Positions 56,200-64,000 of a stretch of DNA of 64,000 nt are shown in pieces. Under the pieces are notes generated by a model. The model saw only the letters and a program-made list of their open reading frames with translations, ran no database searches and was not told where the DNA came from. Source of the DNA: an uncultured Verrucomicrobiota bacterium (GTDB lineage: Bacteria; Verrucomicrobiota; Kiritimatiellia; JAAZAB01); assembly GCA_964463985.1 (NCBI GenBank), contig CAYXEK010000007.1:3404-67403 (forward strand), written 5' to 3'. Each line of letters opens with the position of its first letter. Position 1 is the first letter of the stretch. The translations under genes were made by a program, and so were the position numbers.

Positions 56200-58470
56200 A
56201 TGGGCATTGAATTCATTCAGGATTTTACCGTGGTCCTGCTGGTGGCGGGCATAGCCGGCGCCATCTGCCGGCGACTGGGCGCTTCGGCCACCATCGGCTA
56301 CCTGCTGGCCGGGATGGTGGTGGGGCCTTATACCCCGCCGGTGGACCTCGTATCCAACCTCGACAGCATCCAGACGCTCTCGCAACTGGGCTTGATTTTC
56401 CTGATGTTTTCCACCGGGTTGGGGTTGAGTTTCCGCAAGCTTAGCCAACTGGGCATGGCCTTGTTCGCCGCGGTTCTGTGCAGCACGCTGGTGATCATCA
56501 CCCTCATGCGGATGGGCGGGGCGGTATTGCATACCCACACCATGACCGCCTTGTTCATCGCCGGGATGCTGGCCAGTTCGAGTTCGGCGATCATCAGCCG
56601 CATTCTGCATGAAGGCGGCTTCATTCACCGGCATGCCGGACAATTGGCCATGACGATTACCCTGCTGGAAGACCTGGCGGCATTGATCCTTTTCAGCGTC
56701 GTCGGCTCCTATGCCGCGGCGGACCAGACCCATCTGGTGCATCAGACAGGATCATTTTTTGCCTTCCTGTCCCTGGTGGTCATTCTGGCACTGTTGTGGG
56801 TGCCCCGTTTCCTGGCAGCCATCCAGCGCCGGCTGCAGGAAGAATTGCGGACGCTGCTGGTGGCCGGCACACTGTGCCTGCTGGCGGTGCTGGCCACCCG
56901 CGCGGGCTATTCCCCGGCGCTGGGCGCCTTCCTGCTGGGCGTGATTATCGCCGGCACACCGCAGCGCGCGGCGATTGAGCGGACCTTTGCCGGCCTGCGC
57001 GACATCTTCTCCGCCGTCTTCTTCGTCTCCATCGGCATGCTGATAGACGTGCATGTATTTTTCAACCCCTGGCTCATGCTCCTGCTGGCGGCGCTGGCTG
57101 CCGGGGCGATTGCCGTACGCCTGGTTGCCGCCACCACCGGCATGTTGCTGGCCGGGTACAAAGGCCGGGACGTTTTCCCCGCCGCCCTGACCTTGACGGT
57201 GACCGGAGAATTTTCCTTCATCTTCGCCCAATTGGGCGTCAGCCGCGGTGTGCTGCCGGAATCCGCCCAGGCGCTGGCGGTGGGGGTATGCGTGGCGACA
57301 GCCGCCTTTGCCTCCCTGGCGGTGCCGCGCAGCGAGGGCATTACGGCCTTCCTGATCGCGCACCAGCCGCGGCTGCTGGCGCGGGCGGTCAATGGCTGGC
57401 AAAACCTGCTGGCCGCCCTGGGGCGGCGCGGCCAGGCCAGCATGCTCTGGCGCTTTGCCCGCAAACGCGTCTGGCAGATCGGCGTAGAAATCCTATTTGT
57501 GACCGGTCTGCTCATCTTTGCCGAGCCCTTGTTCGCGCAGGTATTCGACTGGCTGGGACACAGCCCGGAAACAGGGTCGCGCATCAACCTGTTATTCTGG
57601 TCGGTATTCGGCTTGTTCCTGCTTGGTCCGCTGATTGCCATCTGGCGCAATATCGGCGCCCTGGCCATGCTTTATGCCCAGGCGGCCACGCTGGAAGAGG
57701 CCCGGCAAAGTTACCGCTCAGCCCTGCTGGAAAATTTGATCAAGCTGATTGCCGCCGTCGTGCTGGCCGGCTGGTTGTGGCTGTTCTGGCCGGCGCATTT
57801 CGCTTCCATCTGGATTCCGGTGGCGCTGGCGGGCGGCCTGGGCGTCATGGCCGTCCTGTTCTGGCGCAAGATGATTTACTGGCACAGCGTGATGGAAGGC
57901 CGCATTTACCGCGCCTTTCAGGGCGGCGAACTCGCGCACGCCCAAGCCTGGCGCGACAAAACAGCGGAATGGAACGTCACCATCGGCGAAAGCATGATTC
58001 CCGATTACAGCCCGCACGGCGGGCGTTCCATCGCTGATCTGAACCTGCGCGCGCGGTTCCGCTGCACCATAATCGCCATTGAGCGCCAGGGATACCTGAT
58101 CATGAACCCGGCGGCCGCCACAGCCGTTTACCCGCAGGACAAACTGTTGCTGCTGGGCGCGGCGGATCAGATTGCCGCCGCCCGGGAATGGCTGGCGGGC
58201 GGGCAATCGCCGACGCCGGACGACGCCGACCTGGATGATATTCATTTTGAAACCATCACCGTGCCGGAAGACAGCCCGCACCTGGGCCAGACGTTGATGC
58301 GCCTGGGAATTGCCGGACAGTTGGGCGTGCAGATCACCGGCATCCGCCGCGCCGGCGTGGAGCATATCAATCCGCCCGCCGCGGAAACACTGCAAGCGGG
58401 CGATGAAGTCCTGGCGCTGGGTTTGCCCCGCCAGATCCGCGCCTTCCGCGAGTGGCTGGCGGGCGGGTGA
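56200..58470 (+). CDS. Monovalent cation:proton antiporter-2 (CPA2/Kef-type) with two C-terminal TrkA-C (RCK_C) domains
   Basis: 12-13 TM Na+/H+-exchanger core (GYLLAGMVVGPYT...). Two C-terminal repeats (...IAIERQGYLIMNPAAATAVYPQDKLLLLG... and ...ITGIRRAGVEHINPPAAETLQAGDEVLALG...). Confidence 0.9.
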   Translation: MGIEFIQDFTVVLLVAGIAGAICRRLGASATIGYLLAGMVVGPYTPPVDLVSNLDSIQTLSQLGLIFLMFSTGLGLSFRKLSQLGMALFAAVLCSTLVIITLMRMGGAVLHTHTMTALFIAGMLASSSSAIISRILHEGGFIHRHAGQLAMTITLLEDLAALILFSVVGSYAAADQTHLVHQTGSFFAFLSLVVILALLWVPRFLAAIQRRLQEELRTLLVAGTLCLLAVLATRAGYSPALGAFLLGVIIAGTPQRAAIERTFAGLRDIFSAVFFVSIGMLIDVHVFFNPWLMLLLAALAAGAIAVRLVAATTGMLLAGYKGRDVFPAALTLTVTGEFSFIFAQLGVSRGVLPESAQALAVGVCVATAAFASLAVPRSEGITAFLIAHQPRLLARAVNGWQNLLAALGRRGQASMLWRFARKRVWQIGVEILFVTGLLIFAEPLFAQVFDWLGHSPETGSRINLLFWSVFGLFLLGPLIAIWRNIGALAMLYAQAATLEEARQSYRSALLENLIKLIAAVVLAGWLWLFWPAHFASIWIPVALAGGLGVMAVLFWRKMIYWHSVMEGRIYRAFQGGELAHAQAWRDKTAEWNVTIGESMIPDYSPHGGRSIADLNLRARFRCTIIAIERQGYLIMNPAAATAVYPQDKLLLLGAADQIAAAREWLAGGQSPTPDDADLDDIHFETITVPEDSPHLGQTLMRLGIAGQLGVQITGIRRAGVEHINPPAAETLQAGDEVLALGLPRQIRAFREWLAGG

Positions 58471-58589
58471 ACGGCCGCAGACATGCATAAATCGCCACGC
58501 CGCCCAGGCCGGCATTGTCCGTTCGAGCTTAGCGCAAGTTATTCACCCTGCGAATGCCGGCCTCCTTACGGGGGAACAATCCGGCAATC

Positions 58590-60599
58590 TTACTCCTCAA
58601 ACACCACAACCGCCCAGCCGCGCAGATAGGGAATGCATACCGTGGCATAATTGCCGTCAATGGTGAAATCCAGGCGCTCCCGGGCGGGCGCCAGGTACAC
58701 CTGCCGGGGGACGCGGCCGTCCAGACGCAGGCTGACGGTCAGCCCGGTCAACTCCAGCGGCTCTTCGATCATGTTGATTCCCGCGCCGCGCGCTTCGGGA
58801 AGGTAGGCCAGCACATACACCATGCGCCGGCCGGGCTGCGACGTCACGGTGATCCGGGCAAAAGACGGCAATACGAGCCGCACGGGCATACCGGCGGAAG
58901 CGCGCACCAGCGGTTCCGGGAGAAACCGCGCCAGCAGGTTGGCGATGATCTGCCGCATGGGCGTGGCCGCGCTTTTATAATACGTCTGGAAAATGGGGTG
59001 GCTGACATAGGCGACACGCCCCTTGAGCGTGACTGCGGGCCGGCCTGTGTCCCTGTCCGGCGGCGTGTAACGGTTGGCATGCCGGCCGTCCCATTCGTTG
59101 TTGTAATAAGGCGCCACAATCGTCGCCAGCACTTCCGTGCCCGGCCGGGCCTTGACGGCCAGGCCGTGCGCATACAGGGTCACCGGCATGTCCGGCAAGC
59201 CGGTGGCCAACTCCGGCTGAAACGCAATATAGGCCGGATCGTATGGATCGGCGCCGGCATACTCCACACCGAAATCATCCAGCACGAACCTTTCCCGCGC
59301 TGCATCCAACCCGGAATTGCCGGTGGCGATGATGGCGCCACCGCGGGCCAGGTGCTTTTGCAGGCGCCCGGCGATTTCGGCATTGACGGTGATTTCGTCC
59401 GGCAAAACCAGCACCTGGTATTTATCCCACGGCGCCGCCAGGCTGACATTGTCGAACTGCATTTTCAGTTCGCATAACACGCGGGTGGCGGCCTTGAGCG
59501 ACATCAAGGCGGCCTGGTTCTGCTGTTCCCGGACGCCGCCGCGCCATTTATAGCCGGGATAGCAGCAGGATGGCATGATATTAGCCATTTCCGTCACCGG
59601 CACGGCGCCCGCGATCCACGGCTGCAGCGGCCGCAGTTTATCATAGACAGCCTGGTCCAATGCCATCACGGCGGGGTTCAGATCGCCGCGCGGGTGCAGA
59701 TGGTCGCCGATATTCGGCATCAAGCCGTTGGCAATGCCGTTGATGCAATCATACTCCACGCCGGCCGGGGCGCGGACACCGCCAAAATCGCCCCAGGTCA
59801 TCTGGAACCGGCCGGTCATGTTCAACACCGGCTTGCCCAGCGTGCGCAGATGCCGCGCCATCATGGGCAGCAGCTCGTAGCCGCTGCCGCCCTGCGGCAG
59901 ACATTCGAGTTCCAGGTAGTTGCCGAAATCCGCCTGGGCTTCGTAATCCAGCCCGTTGAAATAAAGCAGCAGGCCGGGATTGACGCCGCGGACAGCTGCG
60001 GACAGCCGGCGCCCCATGTTGACCATTTTGTCGTAATTAAAATCGTGCAATTGCTCCGGATTGCGCCAGTCCACGCCGACGGCCTTCATCTTCTCCATGC
60101 ATTCAATCCCGATGCAAGGCTGGGTCTGGCAGCAGTCGAAAAAGAAGCCGCTTACCGGATACGCCCGCGCCACTTCCACCGCCATCCCGGCCACATGCTC
60201 AGCATACCCGGTGTTGTAACACATCTGACGGCAATAGGCGTTGTTGAACCGTTCGTCATACATCCGGCCATCGGCGCGCAGCACGGTCCAATCGCGCCGG
60301 CGATACGCTTCCTCATGGCTCAAGCCGACATTGATATAGGCGGAAACGGCAATGTTTTCGGCGCGGCATGCCCGGACAAGATCGCCGAACAAATCGCGCT
60401 TCAGGGCCGGATGGGGTATGCCCAGTTTGGTGGGATAATAAGCCATCCCCTGATTGCAGCGCGCCGGAAAGACGATGAAATCCGCGCCGCATTCCCGGAT
60501 CCGGCCGGCGAAGGCCTTGGCGTCAAAATCAGCGCCCACGTCCGGGTTCGCCGGCATGGTGTGAAAATCAAAGAACAGCGACCATTGGGGTAAATGCAT
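58590..60599 (-). CDS. Putative glycoside hydrolase (TIM barrel, GH42-like, with beta-galactosidase-trimerisation-like domain)
   Basis: 669 aa, no signal peptide. N-terminal (beta/alpha)8-like region. C-terminal VLVLPDEITVNAEIAGRLQKHLARGGAIIATGNSG resembles the GH42 trimerisation/GATase-like domain. Family assignment uncertain. Confidence 0.7.
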   Translation of the reverse strand: MHLPQWSLFFDFHTMPANPDVGADFDAKAFAGRIRECGADFIVFPARCNQGMAYYPTKLGIPHPALKRDLFGDLVRACRAENIAVSAYINVGLSHEEAYRRRDWTVLRADGRMYDERFNNAYCRQMCYNTGYAEHVAGMAVEVARAYPVSGFFFDCCQTQPCIGIECMEKMKAVGVDWRNPEQLHDFNYDKMVNMGRRLSAAVRGVNPGLLLYFNGLDYEAQADFGNYLELECLPQGGSGYELLPMMARHLRTLGKPVLNMTGRFQMTWGDFGGVRAPAGVEYDCINGIANGLMPNIGDHLHPRGDLNPAVMALDQAVYDKLRPLQPWIAGAVPVTEMANIMPSCCYPGYKWRGGVREQQNQAALMSLKAATRVLCELKMQFDNVSLAAPWDKYQVLVLPDEITVNAEIAGRLQKHLARGGAIIATGNSGLDAARERFVLDDFGVEYAGADPYDPAYIAFQPELATGLPDMPVTLYAHGLAVKARPGTEVLATIVAPYYNNEWDGRHANRYTPPDRDTGRPAVTLKGRVAYVSHPIFQTYYKSAATPMRQIIANLLARFLPEPLVRASAGMPVRLVLPSFARITVTSQPGRRMVYVLAYLPEARGAGINMIEEPLELTGLTVSLRLDGRVPRQVYLAPARERLDFTIDGNYATVCIPYLRGWAVVVFEE

Positions 60600-60607
60600 T
60601 TTCCTCC

Positions 60608-63600
60608 TTAATCATCCTGAAATCCCGTGGCCGTCTCCCCGGCCTCCATTTGTAGGCCGCTGACCCATATCCGCGAGCCGGACGGCGGCGCCGGACGCAT
60701 AAATATCCAGTAAATTGGCCGGCCATTGAAATCAGTCCAATCGGGGGAATAGGGTTTTAATTCTCCGGCAGCCTGGTAGCGCTGCCATTCCACCGTCAGC
60801 GGAAAACGGGTATAACGCCCTTTTCCGGCAAAAGGCAATTGCACGATAGCCGTATCGCCATGCTTCGCGCCTTTGCCATAGAATGAAAACACCATCTTGC
60901 GTGGTTGGTCATTCGGGGCATCAGGCGGATAACAGATGCCGCAGATACCACCGGATAACTCGGGCTTGCTGTAGACCATGCATAAGGATGGGCTGCCATT
61001 CCAAGGCGTTTGCGCGTCGAGATACCAGGAAGAACCCGGTTTCCCGCGTTCCGGATCAAGGCCTTCGCTCCAGTTGGGAAGATAGAAGTCCGGCACGCCT
61101 TGATTATGCTGTTGTTTGAAACAGGGGTTGGGCACATGATTTTTGCCATGCATTGCCCGGCGGTAAATCCCGACGACATCCACGCGCGGCGCGGGTTCTC
61201 CCGGCATGGCCGTCATCGAAACCGCCACGGCCACCGGCGCGGGCAGTCCGGCCGCCCCCTCCGTCGGACGCGGCGGGAGTTGCAACCGATACGCGCGCAC
61301 CCCGTACCCCTCGATTTTGTCCTTAAATTTCTCCTTATCCAATTTCATCGCACTTTGTGGCTTCGTGCCTTTGTGAGAGATTTCCGTACTTTCGCCGGCG
61401 CCAAACATCCGCGCCGCCGCCTGCAATCCGCCGATCCCGAACTCCGTCTCCACGGCATGGGCGGCGATATTGGCGGCCAGCAGTAAATAATCGCCGTCGG
61501 GGTATTGGAACACGGCGGCATTGACCATGGGGAACTTTTGTTCCGCCGGAATAAAATTGTCCGGCGCATAACGGATTTGCTGCGCGACCTCGCCGTTGAG
61601 CAGCGCGGGCGACATTTCCCTGATTTGAGCGTTAATCGTGCGCAGCGCGTCCCAGGCATCTGCGCCGACCACGCAGTCCAAGGCAAAATAAAACAATCCC
61701 CGGGCGCCGTATATCACCGCGGTATAAGCCTGGCAGAGCATGTGGGCCTTGCTCATGCCGATCGGCGTTCGATAGATATCCAGCTTATTCGCCAACGGCA
61801 CGAAAAACATGATTTTGTTGTCCTGGCGGCAGCGCTCCCGCAGGATATAGGCATAATAAGCCGTATACAAACCCGGTTCGCTGTAAATCCGTCCCGTGAA
61901 CGGGCGCGGATAGATGTCGAATCCCAGGATTTCCCCCCAGCGCGTCCAATTGCCGCCGTGCGGGATGTTCATCGAATACAGCAAAAACAGGGGCCGGTAA
62001 GGGTCAATGGCCTTGGCTGTATTCCAATACCATTCGGCGACGGCAATGTTCGCGTCCCGATCGCCCAGGTTTGGCTCATCCACATTGTAATAACATAGCA
62101 TGTTGCGGCGTTCCCGCAGGATTTTGGCGTTCTCCGCCAGCATTGGCGCAAGTTTCACGTAACCTTCCCGCTGATAAGCCAGCCGCTCGGCCAGCGGCTG
62201 CATCAGCCGCGGCTGGCTGTCGCCCGGCTTGTATCCCGCCCACGGCGTCGCTGAAACAATCCATTCAATCACATCCAGTCCGTATTTGTCCGCGAGTTTT
62301 GCGAACCGTTCGGCCTGGGCATTCGCCAGCGGAGCCGCGCCCGGATCTTTGGTAATATGCTCATTGACGAGCGTGGTAAACCCGGCATCCTTGAGAAACT
62401 TGAACAGGTTTTCGTCATAAATTTTGACGTTATTATAGATTCCCACTGGGAATATCGGCCGGCCATCCTTAAGGATCGCACCGTTGATAAAGTCGCATTT
62501 CACCTCAAAGCCGGGACGCGGATCGAGGCGCTTGACGGTCAGTGTCTTTGCCGCCAGTTCTTGCCCGGCCGCGATCAGACGCGCGATCACGGTGTTATCG
62601 CCGAGTTGGAGCGCGTTTAATGGAAGGCCGGGCGTCATGACCGGTTGCAGTCCTTTGATTTGCGGGATGGCCGCCCCATTGACCTCGAGAGCCAGGACGG
62701 CCTCCGGGAGCATGGTCGGCGGCAGGCCTATTTCCAACCGAATCTCCGCGTTTTCTTCGATTGTGTAATAACTGCGTCCGACAAAAGCCTGCTTGATGAC
62801 ATTCAAAGCAGAAAGATCTGCGATCGCCATGGCTGCCAGCAGGCTGCCATCCGCCGCATCCGTCAAGGCCACGCGGACCTGGCGTTCGCGTAAATCTTCG
62901 GCCGCAACGCTCAGGATCAGGTCGCGCTGATATCGTTCGGCCCCTGCGCGTTGCCCGGTTTTTCCGTCCAAATCAATGATTGAGAAAGCTTTTTCTACGC
63001 CACCCGCGCCGAAGTCCTCCAGCACCTGGACCTTCACCTGGCCGGCGACTCCGGTAAACCGCTGCAAGGTTACCTTAACATCATAGAAGAATTGCCCGGC
63101 TTGCCGCCGCCAGCCAACGATTTCGGCCGCCGCGATTTGCGGCGCGAACGGGGCTTCCGGCTTAAACCCGCCCAAACCGGAGACTGCGCAAAAATTGTTT
63201 AAATCGTGCGATTTGCCCCGGCCCGGAGTGCCGGCCTTGAGCGTGGAATAAACCGTACGTTCGTTTTGTTTCGCCCCCATGGGGTCCAGTTCAATGGCCC
63301 GGAGATTGCGGGCAATATTGATGTGAACGCTAACAAGGTCATCGCATTCCAGGGCCTGCAACGGGATGGCGACCTCGGCCGTCCAGCCGCGCGGCAGGCG
63401 CCTGGCGGCGCTGCGCCAGAAAGTATTCCAGCCGACATCCTGCTTGCGCACGGGAGTCGTTTGGATCCGCTGTTCCATTGCCACATTGTCGGCCGTAAGC
63501 ACGAACCAGTAATAGCGGTCTTGCGCCTTTTCCGGTTGCAGATACACTTCCACCGACTCGTTGGCATAAAAATTCGGATAAATATCGTCGTGTTTAAACA

Positions 63601-63883
63601 CGGTTTGGATGACATGCGCCATGTTGGAATTGGCGCATTGGAACCCCAGGTAGAGCCACTTACTGTCACGGGCCAGCAAGACAACCGTATCTGAGACGGG
63701 GGTGTCGGTGTTTTCCAAATATAATTGCCCGATTTTGGCTGCCGCCTGCCAGTCTGGTTCGTCCAGCATGCCGTCAATTTTCGGCGGAGCGATGGCGGGA
63801 ATTACCGGGAATTCCGGATTCGCGGCCAGCGCGCCAATCGCGGCTCCGAAAAATATTCCCAATGTCAGCCTGAATGTGTTCAT
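60608..63883 (-). CDS. Large secreted carbohydrate-active protein (1092 aa) with N-terminal CBM9/DOMON-like domain and GH-like TIM barrel
   Basis: Start ATG 63883 gives MNTFRLTLGIFFGAAIGALAA signal peptide. PPKIDGMLDEPDWQAA is a CBM9-like signature. The remainder is a long alpha/beta region. Confidence 0.7.
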   Translation of the reverse strand: MNTFRLTLGIFFGAAIGALAANPEFPVIPAIAPPKIDGMLDEPDWQAAAKIGQLYLENTDTPVSDTVVLLARDSKWLYLGFQCANSNMAHVIQTVFKHDDIYPNFYANESVEVYLQPEKAQDRYYWFVLTADNVAMEQRIQTTPVRKQDVGWNTFWRSAARRLPRGWTAEVAIPLQALECDDLVSVHINIARNLRAIELDPMGAKQNERTVYSTLKAGTPGRGKSHDLNNFCAVSGLGGFKPEAPFAPQIAAAEIVGWRRQAGQFFYDVKVTLQRFTGVAGQVKVQVLEDFGAGGVEKAFSIIDLDGKTGQRAGAERYQRDLILSVAAEDLRERQVRVALTDAADGSLLAAMAIADLSALNVIKQAFVGRSYYTIEENAEIRLEIGLPPTMLPEAVLALEVNGAAIPQIKGLQPVMTPGLPLNALQLGDNTVIARLIAAGQELAAKTLTVKRLDPRPGFEVKCDFINGAILKDGRPIFPVGIYNNVKIYDENLFKFLKDAGFTTLVNEHITKDPGAAPLANAQAERFAKLADKYGLDVIEWIVSATPWAGYKPGDSQPRLMQPLAERLAYQREGYVKLAPMLAENAKILRERRNMLCYYNVDEPNLGDRDANIAVAEWYWNTAKAIDPYRPLFLLYSMNIPHGGNWTRWGEILGFDIYPRPFTGRIYSEPGLYTAYYAYILRERCRQDNKIMFFVPLANKLDIYRTPIGMSKAHMLCQAYTAVIYGARGLFYFALDCVVGADAWDALRTINAQIREMSPALLNGEVAQQIRYAPDNFIPAEQKFPMVNAAVFQYPDGDYLLLAANIAAHAVETEFGIGGLQAAARMFGAGESTEISHKGTKPQSAMKLDKEKFKDKIEGYGVRAYRLQLPPRPTEGAAGLPAPVAVAVSMTAMPGEPAPRVDVVGIYRRAMHGKNHVPNPCFKQQHNQGVPDFYLPNWSEGLDPERGKPGSSWYLDAQTPWNGSPSLCMVYSKPELSGGICGICYPPDAPNDQPRKMVFSFYGKGAKHGDTAIVQLPFAGKGRYTRFPLTVEWQRYQAAGELKPYSPDWTDFNGRPIYWIFMRPAPPSGSRIWVSGLQMEAGETATGFQDD

Positions 63884-64000
63884 GTGCGGAGCAGCCGATT
63901 TTTTTATTCCCGGCGGACACCGGTTTGACGGATGTTTTTCATGCCGCCTCATTCCGCGATCACGCAAACATCATAAGGCGCCAGATTGACCCGGCCCGCA

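Noticed and set aside
63951-64000. Possible 3' end of a minus-strand gene running off the window end
   Set aside because: Only ~16 codons visible (…AGRVNLAPYDVCVIAE*), which is too short to support a call.

Overview
This 64-kb window is GC-rich and gene-dense (about 50 CDS). It has no rRNA, tRNA or CRISPR that I could find. The gene content points to an anaerobic, polysaccharide-degrading member of the PVC superphylum (Kiritimatiellota, Lentisphaerota or Verrucomicrobiota); that placement is an inference. The supporting content is GH28 and GH29 glycoside hydrolases, several large heparinase-II/III-like and TIM-barrel hydrolases, two pectate-lyase-fold beta-helix proteins, a LamG lectin, an anaerobic sulfatase-maturating radical-SAM enzyme and many prepilin-type proteins. 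Housekeeping islands are hisD-hisC, rplU-rpmA-obg, gmhA and bioB. Five things stand out. (1) A 7-gene operon of prepilin-type proteins at 37.7-44.5 kb is arranged as two tandem minor-pseudopilin modules, each ending in a GspK/PilX-like giant, with a 691-aa pilin carrying a large extra domain. (2) A dispersed corrinoid-methyltransferase-like set comprises a cobalamin-binding corrinoid protein, a divergent AraC regulator and three uroporphyrinogen-decarboxylase (URO-D/MtaA)-family paralogs, one flanking a GH29 fucosidase. (3) A previously unrecognised MITE-like family of about 120 bp has 18-bp terminal inverted repeats and 4-bp target-site duplications. There are three full and two degenerate copies; one copy is read in-frame into the 5' end of a hydrolase ORF, and another sits in a duplicated promoter/5' fragment for which an empty site exists elsewhere in the window. 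(4) A 45-bp hairpin-containing tandem repeat lies next to a textbook sigma70 promoter between bioB and a CPA2 antiporter. (5) A Wzt(ABC ATPase with O-antigen-binding domain)-methyltransferase-gmhA trio has no Wzm permease. Many long ORFs in the six-frame track are antisense artefacts of the high GC content and were rejected.
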